A stretch of DNA of 64,000 nt. Origin: an uncultured Candidatus Saccharibacteria bacterium. Its GTDB lineage: Bacteria > Patescibacteriota > Minisyncoccia > Phycocordibacterales > UBA6899. This document shows, one piece after another, positions 25,838 through 35,161 of the stretch (position 1 is its first letter; each line of letters starts with the position of its first letter). A program made the translations under genes and the position numbers. The notes under the pieces are model-generated. The model was given only the letters and a program-made list of their open reading frames with translations. It was not told the origin of the DNA and ran no database searches. The DNA is taken from positions 142,501 through 206,500 of the forward strand of contig CAYXYK010000001.1 of NCBI GenBank assembly GCA_964469335.1. Reading direction: 5' to 3'.

Positions 25838-26472
25838 GCACAGCGATAGAAATTGCAAGTGATATACATACGCTGACATCGAATTGGTCAAAAGGTCAGC
25901 ACAAGCTCGTTATGGCCCTCGATGGGTATACCGGTGTCGGGAAGACAACGATACTGAACGAACTATTGAAACTCAATCCTGACATCCTTCCTGTGCATGT
26001 GGACGACTTCATTTTGCCGCCGGCAGAATTCAAGGAAATTCTCGCGGAGAACTCCGACCGTTCGATTGCATTTGAACTGCATCGCAATGACTATGCGAGG
26101 ATTGAAGAATTGGTGAATAGGTTTCGCACACAAGATGACCCCGTCGAGGTGCTCGTTGCAAATCCAGTGACCGGAGCGATCGATGTTCCCAAAACCTTCG
26201 ACTGTTCGAAGAAGATTATGGTCGTCGAGGGGGTGTTCATGTTTCACCCGAAGTTACTGAACCACCTTTGGGACAAGCGCATATATCTTGATGGAGATAC
26301 TACGAAAATTGACGAGCGACGAATTGCTCGCGAAAAAGCACGTTGGGGTGATAAATATTTTCCCGAAACCCATCCAGATTCATTCTTTGGACAGGTGGTC
26401 ATTGCACTCAAGCGATATCGCGAAGAATATAAACCAGAAGAATTAGCGGATGCAGTATTATTCGTGAATTAA
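25834..26472 (+). CDS. P-loop nucleoside kinase, uridine kinase / PRK family-like
   Basis: Walker A GYTGVGKTT; RIYLDGDTTKIDERRIARE resembles the udk motif IFVDTDADVRLARRI. Confidence 0.55.
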   Translation: MSTAIEIASDIHTLTSNWSKGQHKLVMALDGYTGVGKTTILNELLKLNPDILPVHVDDFILPPAEFKEILAENSDRSIAFELHRNDYARIEELVNRFRTQDDPVEVLVANPVTGAIDVPKTFDCSKKIMVVEGVFMFHPKLLNHLWDKRIYLDGDTTKIDERRIAREKARWGDKYFPETHPDSFFGQVVIALKRYREEYKPEELADAVLFVN

Positions 26473-26477
26473 TTTTT

Positions 26478-27293
26478 ATGCTTAAGGATTTTTACCAAAA
26501 AAACCAAAGAGAAATAGCAAACGCAGTGCGTGATTTTGTCGATAAAGATTTGTACGGAGAACTCCCAGAGTTGAGAGGCGCCTGTTCAATTCTTGTAACA
26601 GGATCAGTGGCAACTAATAACTACGACCATTTTAGTGACATTGATCTCAATATACTTTTTGCCACTGACGAACAGGTGGCAAAATTCTCCCAGAGCATAT
26701 CAAAATACAAACAACACCTCAGAGAAATTGGGGAGCCGGTGCAAATTCATAAGCCAAACACCTACCAGTCCATCAAAGCAACGCTCGCAACATGGCAAAA
26801 CGATTCTCTGTTGAGAGAATATGCTCAAGCATTGATCGTCAACGATCCCCAAGATCAATTTTTGGCGATACAACAAAAATTTGCATACTACCCGCAAGAA
26901 ATATATAAGGAAAAAATTCAGTGGCTTTTTGCAGAAATGAATTTTCAGCTCAAGGATCGACTTGAGATTGGGGTCGCTCGGCAAGATCGATATTTCTGTG
27001 AGATCGTAAAGATGAATATCGTAAGATTGTTTTTGAATACATTACTCCTTCTAGGGCACAAATATCCGTCATTTGATAAACATCTATATCGCGATGCGAA
27101 GATGATTTTGCAGGAAGAAGTAAAACTTGTAGACAAACTTATTGGCGAAAAAGATTTGCCACAAATTCAACTCGAGACTCAACAACTTAAAGATCGTATT
27201 GAAACACTTCTCTTGGCAGCCCAGTTGATACCAAAAGAAACCGACCAGTACTGGATCGACCTGCGGCCCGCTTATCAAGTCAAATTGGACTAA
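26478..27293 (+). CDS. Pol-beta-superfamily nucleotidyltransferase with C-terminal helical domain (KNTase/Lnu-like architecture)
   Basis: GSVATNNYDHFSDIDLNILF is the hG[GS]x9-13Dh[DE]h motif. Confidence 0.6.
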   Translation: MLKDFYQKNQREIANAVRDFVDKDLYGELPELRGACSILVTGSVATNNYDHFSDIDLNILFATDEQVAKFSQSISKYKQHLREIGEPVQIHKPNTYQSIKATLATWQNDSLLREYAQALIVNDPQDQFLAIQQKFAYYPQEIYKEKIQWLFAEMNFQLKDRLEIGVARQDRYFCEIVKMNIVRLFLNTLLLLGHKYPSFDKHLYRDAKMILQEEVKLVDKLIGEKDLPQIQLETQQLKDRIETLLLAAQLIPKETDQYWIDLRPAYQVKLD

Positions 27294-27297
27294 GACA

Positions 27298-27855
27298 ATG
27301 AAAGGTGACGTACAAATGCGAAAACAAAGAGACAAAGAACACTTCGTTTTACGAGATGCAGACATATTTCCTAATGCAAAAACTGTCGAAGGAATGAAGT
27401 TTGAAGAGCGACTTGCAGTGAAGGTAATTCTTTTCGACAAAGACAAGAAGTTGGCACTCGTGGGAACCAAGCACCGTCTCTTGCCTGGTGGTGGAGTGGA
27501 TAAAAATGAAGGTAATGAGGATGCTGCTAAGCGTGAAATAAGAGAAGAGGTTGGCTGTGAAATAAAGGTCATCCGTGAAATAGCGAAAACTGAAGAGTTT
27601 CGAGAAAAAATCGGAAGACACCAATACACGAGATTTCTTCTCGCTGAAGTTGTGGGTGAGAAAGGTACACCTCAAACAACACAAAGTGACGAACAAGGCA
27701 TAGTTATCGAGTGGTGCACGCTCGCAGAGGCAATCACATTATTGGAAAAACAGAAAGAAGAAATCCCCTTCGAAGAATATAACGCCTGTTTCAATGTCCG
27801 CACTCATCTTAAGGTTTTGAAAGAGTTTCAAGCCAGCAATAATAGTGCGATCTGA
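27298..27855 (+). CDS. NUDIX hydrolase
   Basis: Nudix box GGGVDKNEGNEDAAKREIREEVG. Confidence 0.75.
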   Translation: MKGDVQMRKQRDKEHFVLRDADIFPNAKTVEGMKFEERLAVKVILFDKDKKLALVGTKHRLLPGGGVDKNEGNEDAAKREIREEVGCEIKVIREIAKTEEFREKIGRHQYTRFLLAEVVGEKGTPQTTQSDEQGIVIEWCTLAEAITLLEKQKEEIPFEEYNACFNVRTHLKVLKEFQASNNSAI

Positions 27856-27958
27856 AAATCAGCCCCCCAGTGCCCTTCTGGGCTCACGGATGGCTCTAGG
27901 TGTGCCACTTTCCTGCATAGCTGTGTCATATACCACTTCATTTTGCTAAAATAGGTCA

Positions 27959-28579
27959 ATGGATGAGCAAAATAGCCCCTCAACAGAACCCACTACAACT
28001 ACCCCTGATCCAGTGGTAAATACCCCAGCAGTTGAACCACAGCAAGCTGAAGTCGTTCAAGCCCCAGCGGAGATAGCTCCTGTACCAGAAACAACTCAAA
28101 TTGTCGCACCATCTGAGCCGATCGCCGAAACCCCAACGGCTCAAATGGCAGGAAGTGAGCCGTTGCCCGAAGTTCAATCGGCGTCTGCACCGAGCGCTAC
28201 CGCGCCAGCGGAAGCGCCTCAGCCACAAACTCCAACTGTCACTCAAGCTTCAACGGCAACGCCAGAACCAATGCCAACTCCTGTGCAACCTGCCCCCGCA
28301 TCCATGCCCGCGCAAGCGCCAGTCACAACTCCTCCTCGTAACCTCGCTCGTCTCTTCCTCGAAAAAGCGAAAGCAGTCATCCAATTTCGCAAGCAGAAGA
28401 AACTCACAAAGATTATGACGCTGTTTGAAAAGAAAAAACAAATCACGAATGACGAAGTGGAAAAACTCCTGCATGTCTCCGATGCAACCGCGACACGCTA
28501 TCTTTCTGAACTAGAGAAGCAAAACAAGATCACACAGACAGGAAAAATAGGACACGCAGTCACATACACCAAGCGCTAA
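27959..28579 (+). CDS. DNA-binding protein: Pro/Ala/Thr/Gln-rich disordered N-terminal region plus C-terminal winged HTH
   Basis: C-terminus ITNDEVEKLLHVSDATATRYLSELEKQNKITQTGKIGHAVTYTKR. Confidence 0.5.
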   Translation: MDEQNSPSTEPTTTTPDPVVNTPAVEPQQAEVVQAPAEIAPVPETTQIVAPSEPIAETPTAQMAGSEPLPEVQSASAPSATAPAEAPQPQTPTVTQASTATPEPMPTPVQPAPASMPAQAPVTTPPRNLARLFLEKAKAVIQFRKQKKLTKIMTLFEKKKQITNDEVEKLLHVSDATATRYLSELEKQNKITQTGKIGHAVTYTKR

Positions 28580-28654
28580 CTCACACTCAGTCCTTCGATC
28601 ACTGCATGTCAGCTCTCGCACAGCATATTCGCCGTACCAATCACGTGGATTCCT

Positions 28655-29000
28655 CCGGCCTCGGGCATTTCCGCTAGGGCGCCCATGATAACCGGATGAG
28701 CGCCGCCGCGAACGGAGGCACCCATGTTCGTAGCGAAAGCGACAAGAGGAACTCGGTAATGAAAACTCGGGTGGGGGGTTGTGCGGGTGGCGGTCCTCCG
28801 CCTCCACGCGGGGGGGAGGGTCCGCCCATCCCCCCAAACAGAGGCGGGCGTGACTCGCCGATTCAGAGTCTTCAAAGTCGAACGGCTCAATTGGTGGGAA
28901 ATGAGCCGTTCAGAGTAAACCAACGGCTCACTCGGCGAGGCAACCGCCCGTTCACTGACATCTAGGCGCGAGTAGCCCTAGCGGAAATGCCCGAAGCCGG
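28655..29000. other. GC-rich 346-bp non-coding element bounded by 26-bp terminal inverted repeats (MITE-like element or structured ncRNA; class unresolved)
   Basis: TIRs CCGGCCTCGGGCATTTCCGCTAGGGC / GCCCTAGCGGAAATGCCCGAAGCCGG; GC content far above the flanks; only nonsense ORFs; internal AACGGCTCA repeats. Confidence 0.35.
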
Positions 29001-29258
29001 ATGGCTGAGGGTGCACTGAAACTCCAACTACCTCTCACTCCAATCGCCGCACCGAAGTCGGAGGGCGATCACGGGAGTCTGTACGGAGAGAGAAGTGAAG
29101 AACGGATACTGCGCGCAAGGAGGAAGCACCCCCGGCTGGCGCATCAGCAGGAAACGAGCAAGCCCGAACAACCACAATGCTCTCGATCTACACATGCTCG
29201 TTTCCTGATGAATGCGACAGTTGCCCCACGGTCATCTTCTTCCTTACTGCAATTTTCT

Positions 29259-29391
29259 TATGGCGGGGCGGAAAAAAATCGAGAGCCGGAGATGCCGTGG
29301 GGAGACGAGCGAAGCGAGCGGGGGTGCCTGAGTGGTTGTTGATTACTTATTTATTTTCGAAAAAGGTTCGAGCGAGCCACGGCAAAAGAGC
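29259..29391. repeat. 132-bp repeat (copy 2), inverted relative to 20850-20981
   Basis: Followed by the palindrome caccaaaagaaaaaacggc-atta-gccgttttttcttttggtg (29392-29436). Confidence 0.85.
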
Positions 29392-29601
29392 ACCAAAAGA
29401 AAAAACGGCTAATGCCGTTTTTTCTTTTGGTGCCCTCGAGAAGTTACCTGCGCGCATTACGGATAAGAATCGAAAGGGTTTTCATTGTCGCGTCTTTGAG
29501 AGTGAAGACAACCTGCGGCGGTTGCCGAGATTCCTGCCACAAAATAGCATCCCTTTTTCTTCCCATAGTCCCCTTCACCCGCTATACTGGATGTAATTCA
29601 T

Positions 29602-30003
29602 ATGGACACAAAAAAAGTACTTTCGATTGAAGACGATGCATTCCTTTCCAGCCTTGTTTCCGGCAAACTTATCGAATCCGGATTTTCGGTCATCACAGCA
29701 GGAACGGGGCATGATGGTCTTTCAAAAGCAAAAAGTGAGCAGCCGAGTCTGATCCTGCTTGATATCATGCTTCCGGATATGGGAGGGTTCGAAATACTTG
29801 AAAAGCTCAAAAGTGATCCGGCAACCAGCAGCATACCGGTCATCATTCTTTCCAACCTCGGCGGGAGAGATGAGATCGAGCGCGGAGTAAAATTAGGTGC
29901 TTCAAGCTACTTGATCAAGTCAAATATCCTTCCTCACGAAGTGGCAGAAATGGTGCAGAGCCAGATCTCTACCACAACCCCGGATGGGGCAACCGCGGCA
30001 TAG
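29602..30003 (+). CDS. Stand-alone response regulator receiver (CheY-like)
   Basis: SIEDD...LILLDIMLPDMGGFEIL...IPVIILS...K; Asp and Lys positions conserved. Confidence 0.8.
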   Translation: MDTKKVLSIEDDAFLSSLVSGKLIESGFSVITAGTGHDGLSKAKSEQPSLILLDIMLPDMGGFEILEKLKSDPATSSIPVIILSNLGGRDEIERGVKLGASSYLIKSNILPHEVAEMVQSQISTTTPDGATAA

Positions 30004-30024
30004 CGATACGAGTTCGACAATAAA

Positions 30025-30053
30025 CAAAAAAGAGCCCTTTCAGGCTCTTTTTT
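30025..30053. terminator. Bidirectional rho-independent terminator
   Basis: aaaaaagagccc-tttca-gggctcttttttg. Confidence 0.7.
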
Positions 30054-30055
30054 GT

Positions 30056-30328
30056 TTATTTCTTTGCTTGCTGCTTCTTGAGAAACGCGACAACACGAGA
30101 TTTCTTTCGGGCTGCAGTATTTTTCTTGATGACACCGCGCTTTGCTGCCTTATCGATCGCCTTATAGACGTTCGCAAGTTCTTTCGAGGCTTCAGTGAAT
30201 TTCTTTGCAAGCGCCATCTTTTTGATGGTCTTTATCTCATCGCGCATGGTGTTTGTGCGACGAGCGTTATGGACTGCGCGTCTCGCGGTAACGCGGACTG
30301 CTCTTTTTGCTGATGACGTAATTGCCAT
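30056..30328 (-). CDS. rpsT: 30S ribosomal protein S20
   Basis: MAITSSAKRAVRVTARRAVHNARR... Confidence 0.85.
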   Translation of the reverse strand: MAITSSAKRAVRVTARRAVHNARRTNTMRDEIKTIKKMALAKKFTEASKELANVYKAIDKAAKRGVIKKNTAARKKSRVVAFLKKQQAKK

Positions 30329-30409
30329 AATCGGAAATCCTACAGGAGGAAGTGTAAAAAGGCAAGTCTGGGGGTCGCGATGTTCGGAGAACGTTGTATA
30401 ATAGTGGTC

Positions 30410-30982
30410 ATGATAGGCCACATCCATGGTGCGGTGCTCGACAAAGACGAGCGCTCACTGATTATTGACGTTTCGGGTATCGGATACGTGGTTTCTTCGA
30501 CACCCATCACCCTTACTCAGGCGGAAGTCGGGAAAGAAGTGTCACTTTGGACCCACCTTGCAGTGCGGGAAGATGCAATGGATCTTTATGGATTCAGTGG
30601 AAAAGACGAACTCGCACTGTTCCGACTATTGATCAATATCTCCGGAATCGGACCAAAGAGCGCCCTCAACGTGCTCGCACTTGCTGACATCAAGACTCTG
30701 ACCAGGGCTATCGCGTCAAATGATAGTAGCTATCTCACTAAGGTGTCCGGAATCGGAAAAAAACTTGCCGAAAAGATTATCCTCGAACTACGTGACAAAG
30801 TTGGCGGGATCGAGGAAGCAGCAATGCCGCACGCTGAATCTGAAGCACTCGAGGCACTCGAGGCACTAGGCTATACTCCACGAGACACTCGCGAGATAGT
30901 TCGCGCACTTGCAAGAGACAATTCGACCTCACAAGAAATTATTCGTAAGGCCCTCCAAACACTCGGCGGACGCTCGTCGTAA
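30410..30982 (+). CDS. ruvA: Holliday junction helicase subunit RuvA
   Basis: MIGHIHGAV...SGIGYVV...LINISGIGPKSAL (HhH motifs). Confidence 0.85.
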   Translation: MIGHIHGAVLDKDERSLIIDVSGIGYVVSSTPITLTQAEVGKEVSLWTHLAVREDAMDLYGFSGKDELALFRLLINISGIGPKSALNVLALADIKTLTRAIASNDSSYLTKVSGIGKKLAEKIILELRDKVGGIEEAAMPHAESEALEALEALGYTPRDTREIVRALARDNSTSQEIIRKALQTLGGRSS

Positions 30983-30985
30983 TTT

Positions 30986-32938
30986 ATGAAAAAGTTTTCT
31001 CTTCTCATCATTCCGTTATTCTTTGCTCGTACTGCTAGTGCAGCGTGTGCCAGCCCTGACCAATATGAGCTTCTGGTACCTATCGGATCACTTTCTGGCT
31101 GTGTTGATCTCGGCACGTATATCAAGGGAATGTTCGAAACTATCATCGGCATAGCAGGCATTCTTGCTGTGGTAATGATCGTGATCTGTGGAATAAAACT
31201 CATGACGGCGGGAAGTGCTGGGGGGAAGAGCGAAGCAAAAGATTGCATCACGAACGCACTATTCGGAGTACTTCTTGCGGTCGGATCATGGCTGATCCTG
31301 AATACCATCAACCCGCAACTTCTTGCGGCAAAACCTTCTGCAATAGGTGTACCTGTCGCACCACTTGCACCATCCACTCCGACCCCCGCCACTCCTTCAG
31401 GAACTACGATCTGGCAGCCGGGTCCAAGTTGTCCCGCGGTTGCAGGAAGCATCGTCACCAAAGCACCAGATGTGTACTGTTCAGGAGTGGCACCTACCGC
31501 AACCTCTATCTGTTGTCAGTACGTCACCGTACCGATGACTCCGCCAGTTGGAACACCGCCGATACCGGTTCCACCAGTGGGAACACCCTATGTACCCGTC
31601 CCAATGAGCGGTCCGGTTTGGATCGACAGTGCAACAACCAACGTAAGTGAAGGTGCGGGAAGTGTGACGATCATCATCCGTCGTGGGGGTGACATCCTCG
31701 GAACGGTTGACTACAGTATCACGAATGACACTGCAACGGCAGGTGCTGATTTTGGGTCGATCTCCGGTACCCTGACATTCCCTCCCGGAGTGAACCTCCT
31801 TTCAATCACCATTCCCATCCTCGAAGATGCACTTGTCGAGGGGAACGAGCGATTCATTCTCAATATCACGAATGCTACCGCAGGGCTTTTCCTTGGGGCT
31901 CCCCGGGCACTTCCAATCACCATTGTCGACAACGACGTCGCTACCCCTGACGTCACTCCCCCGGTCGTGAGTATCCTCTATCCGGTGAATGCGGTCGGGT
32001 TGGTCACCACTTCGCCGAGCATCAGCGCACGAGTCAGTGTCTCAGAAGAAACCAAGTTATACCGAGTTGACGTCTACTCGGTCCGAGCGAGTACTTCAGT
32101 GAAGATCTCGAATACGATCGCATGTCTCACTACGCCTGTCTGCCCGACACTCGGCGGGACATTCAACATCGCATCGACCACTCTTGGTCCGATGTACAAT
32201 GAGTACTACAATCTTGTCGCTCGAGGATGCGACGTAGCCGGAAACTGCGGATATGCAACGACCTCGATCGGATTTACCGCACTTTGTAACGACACCACGG
32301 GTGCGACAACAAGTTATCGCTGCTTTACTCTCCCAACCGGTGCCGGGGCGACCACAAGTCCTACCGTGCCGGGGCGAACGAATGCACATCTGATCAAACT
32401 CAATTCTCCGACCGGAGGCGGCACAGTATCTATATCAACCATCGCTCCTTATTTCGATTATTACGGAGAGAGCTGCACAGACATGTGGGGCAACTCACTG
32501 TGGTGCGGATACGGCTGTGCTGCACCGAGCTATGACACCTGCAATCTTGTTCCCACAACTCCAATTTGCGGAGGGATACCCTGTGTTTATGGATGTGCAG
32601 TAGATCACTGGACCGCGTCATGCAATCTCACGCCGCCTCCTCCGATGTGCGGAGGAATATCCTGCCCGAGCGGCTGCGCGATCAGCCCGGATTTCCCTAT
32701 GTGCTTCATCCCTGAGCCCGTCGTGATCGCCTCACTTGCCACAAGACCAAATGACCTGAGTCTTGGAGCCCCTTGCGGCAACGGTGGGTCATTCCCAGGC
32801 GCAACAACACTGAATATCACTTTTGGCACATCGAGTCCTGCGTGTGTCCTAAAGCCTTATTTCAACTATTTCCTCGACATCACTGCAAGTGACGGAAAGC
32901 CACACAACTTCCAGATCAATTACAATTGGGCACCGTAG
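30986..32938 (+). CDS. Large secreted protein: N-terminal VirB2/TrbC-pilin-like two-TM module, Calx-beta domain, Cys-rich C-terminal repeats
   Basis: The N-terminal 120 aa are paralogous to 57043-58272 and 58490-59605 (CASPD.Y.LL.PIG...GIAGILAV.MIVICGI.LM..GS..GKS.AK.CITNA.FGVLLA.GSWL.LNTINP); Calx-beta-like VDYSITNDTATAGADF...GTLTFPPG....I.I.DA..EGNE.F.L. Confidence 0.5.
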   Translation: MKKFSLLIIPLFFARTASAACASPDQYELLVPIGSLSGCVDLGTYIKGMFETIIGIAGILAVVMIVICGIKLMTAGSAGGKSEAKDCITNALFGVLLAVGSWLILNTINPQLLAAKPSAIGVPVAPLAPSTPTPATPSGTTIWQPGPSCPAVAGSIVTKAPDVYCSGVAPTATSICCQYVTVPMTPPVGTPPIPVPPVGTPYVPVPMSGPVWIDSATTNVSEGAGSVTIIIRRGGDILGTVDYSITNDTATAGADFGSISGTLTFPPGVNLLSITIPILEDALVEGNERFILNITNATAGLFLGAPRALPITIVDNDVATPDVTPPVVSILYPVNAVGLVTTSPSISARVSVSEETKLYRVDVYSVRASTSVKISNTIACLTTPVCPTLGGTFNIASTTLGPMYNEYYNLVARGCDVAGNCGYATTSIGFTALCNDTTGATTSYRCFTLPTGAGATTSPTVPGRTNAHLIKLNSPTGGGTVSISTIAPYFDYYGESCTDMWGNSLWCGYGCAAPSYDTCNLVPTTPICGGIPCVYGCAVDHWTASCNLTPPPPMCGGISCPSGCAISPDFPMCFIPEPVVIASLATRPNDLSLGAPCGNGGSFPGATTLNITFGTSSPACVLKPYFNYFLDITASDGKPHNFQINYNWAP

Positions 32939-32970
32939 AGCAGAATAACGCGTAGTGGTATGATGCGAAT

Positions 32971-34224
32971 ATGAAGAAGCTCATACGGCGCATCATCCCT
33001 CAATCGGTATACTCCTTGTATCACTTCGTTTTGGCGCTCCTCGGTGCGCTGCGATACGGCTTTCCATCTCGTCGCCTTGTTGTCATCGGCATTACCGGCA
33101 CAAAAGGAAAGACGAGCACGACGGAATTATTGAACGGAATACTCGAGGCCGCAGGAAAAAGGACCGCTGTGCTCGGGACACTTCGCTTCAAGATCGGAGA
33201 GAAGAACGAGCGCAACCTGAAGAAGATGACCATGCCAGGAAGGTTCTTCGTGCAGAAATTCCTCAGTGATGCTGTGGCTGCTGGCTGCACCCATGCGATC
33301 ATCGAGATGACATCGGAGGGCGCAAAACAGTATCGTCAACGCTTCGTAGACATGGACGCACTCATCTTCACAAACCTCTCACCTGAACATATAGAGTCAC
33401 ACGGGTCGTTCGAGAATTACCGAGACGCAAAACTCTCGATCGCACGCACACTGGCTCGCTCATCAAAAAAACATCGGTATATGGTGGCAAACGCAGATGA
33501 TGATGCAGGCAGACTTTTTTTGAGTGTACAAGGTGTTGAGGCTGTCCCGTTCAGCATTCATGACGCAGAGCCGGTCGAAGCTACCGCAAGTGATATCACT
33601 CTTTCTTGGGATGGAGAGAGGGTCACCTCCCTGCTTCCCGGTCTTTTCAACACATACAATATCATTGCCGCGGCAACTTGTGCCACAAAGCTCGGGATAG
33701 CAAAAGAGGCAATCCTGTCAGGGATCACCAACGTGAAACGCATAGAAGGGAGAGCTGAGCGGATCGAGGGGGGTCAACATTTTCCTGTCATCGTTGACTA
33801 TGCACACACTCCAGACTCCCTCGAAGCACTATATACGACATTCAAAGGGTACGAGAACGTCTGCATACTCGGAAATACGGGGGGAGGTAGAGACAAATGG
33901 AAACGTCCAGTCATGGGGAAGATCGCTGAAGCATATTGCACTGAAATCATCCTCACCAACGAAGACCCGTACGACGAAGACCCTCGAGAAATACTTGAGG
34001 AAATCGCCAGCGGCATGACCGAGAAAAAACCATTGATCATTTTGGATAGACGCGAAGCGATAGCAAAAGGGATCGCACGAGCGAAAGTACTCAATAACCC
34101 AGCACTACTCATTACCGGAAAAGGAACTGATCCGTATATTATGGGCCCTAACGGAACAAAAACGCCCTGGGATGACCGTGATGTCGCCAGAGAAGAATTG
34201 CTTGCATCTAATAAACACCGCTAG
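32971..34224 (+). CDS. Mur ligase family protein (MurE/MurT-like)
   Basis: GITGTKGKTSTTELL P-loop; Mur ligase middle-domain motifs. Confidence 0.65.
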   Translation: MKKLIRRIIPQSVYSLYHFVLALLGALRYGFPSRRLVVIGITGTKGKTSTTELLNGILEAAGKRTAVLGTLRFKIGEKNERNLKKMTMPGRFFVQKFLSDAVAAGCTHAIIEMTSEGAKQYRQRFVDMDALIFTNLSPEHIESHGSFENYRDAKLSIARTLARSSKKHRYMVANADDDAGRLFLSVQGVEAVPFSIHDAEPVEATASDITLSWDGERVTSLLPGLFNTYNIIAAATCATKLGIAKEAILSGITNVKRIEGRAERIEGGQHFPVIVDYAHTPDSLEALYTTFKGYENVCILGNTGGGRDKWKRPVMGKIAEAYCTEIILTNEDPYDEDPREILEEIASGMTEKKPLIILDRREAIAKGIARAKVLNNPALLITGKGTDPYIMGPNGTKTPWDDRDVAREELLASNKHR

Positions 34225-34703
34225 CGCCCAAAGATCCTGAACACGGCGACACCGAATGCAACGGAGACATTCAAGGACTCCTTTTCCCCATACATCGGTA
34301 TTTCGACGAGAACATCGCAGGCAGCACGTAGTGAGTCAGACATCCCATCCACCTCGCTTCCCACAATAAACAGGACTTTCGTTGGTGGAACGAGGGTTCG
34401 GTAGTCGATGGAACGAGGGTCCTGCTCAAGCCCCACAACGGTAAATCCCTCATTCTTTGCATTAAGTATGGTTTCTTCGAATGATTCAACATACTCCCAA
34501 GGGACCGAGATTTCTGCGCCTAAGGCTGTTTTGGCGATCTCCTTGACCGGTCTTTTAAAACGATCGAGCGGGCGAGGTGAATAACCGCCAAGAAAGATGC
34601 GGGTCACCCCAATAGCGTCGGCAGTACGAAATATCGAGCCTACATTATGGCTACTTCGGATATTGTGGACAAGAAGATGGATCTCATGCGTTCTATCAGT
34701 CAC
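34221..34703 (-). CDS. SpoU-family tRNA/rRNA 2'-O-methyltransferase
   Basis: NIRSSHNVGSIFRTADAIG and SPOUT knot motifs. Confidence 0.75.
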   Translation of the reverse strand: MTDRTHEIHLLVHNIRSSHNVGSIFRTADAIGVTRIFLGGYSPRPLDRFKRPVKEIAKTALGAEISVPWEYVESFEETILNAKNEGFTVVGLEQDPRSIDYRTLVPPTKVLFIVGSEVDGMSDSLRAACDVLVEIPMYGEKESLNVSVAFGVAVFRIFGR

Positions 34704-34726
34704 GAAGATATGGTACTATACCTCTC

Positions 34727-35086
34727 ATGCTTTCACTATTTCCGACACTTCTTGATTGGAACTGGTATGTCCCCTTTTTGTTCAGGATATTTCTTGGATA
34801 CTACTTCTTCAATTTAGGACTCCACATGATGAAGAAAAGTGACGAGAGCGCATGGAAGATCCTTGGCGGAATGAGTTCAATAATGGGAATCATGTTCGTA
34901 CTCGGAGTAGTGACCCAACTCTTGGGAGTCATCGCGGCCGTTTCTTCTCTCATGCTTTCGTATTTCAAAAAGAAAAAAATGAAGTACTCCCTGGAATCAA
35001 CTTCTTTCTATGCACTGCTCTCTCTTGTTTCTATCTCATTGCTATTTCTCGGAGCAGGTCCATACGCGATCGACCTGCCCCTTTAA
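34727..35086 (+). CDS. Small polytopic membrane protein (DoxX-like)
   Basis: Three to four TM helices. Confidence 0.35.
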   Translation: MLSLFPTLLDWNWYVPFLFRIFLGYYFFNLGLHMMKKSDESAWKILGGMSSIMGIMFVLGVVTQLLGVIAAVSSLMLSYFKKKKMKYSLESTSFYALLSLVSISLLFLGAGPYAIDLPL

Positions 35087-35161
35087 AAACTCGTATTCGT
35101 GTGTTAGTATCAAAAAATTCTCGAACAGTCGAGAATGACTGATTTTTCAACGTTATTTTAT

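Noticed and set aside
28696-28965. ORF 28696-28965 (+, 89 aa) and overlapping ORFs inside the GC-rich TIR element
   Set aside because: The translation is poly-Gly/Pro/Arg nonsense driven by GC-rich homopolymer tracts. I interpret the region as non-coding.
28655-29000. RNase P RNA or tmRNA identity for the GC-rich element
   Set aside because: The terminal pairing and size fit. However, I could not find the universally conserved P4 strands (AGGAAAGUCCGGGC / ACAGAANCCGGCUUA) or a tRNA-like T-loop/CCA end. It is left as an unresolved element in the findings.
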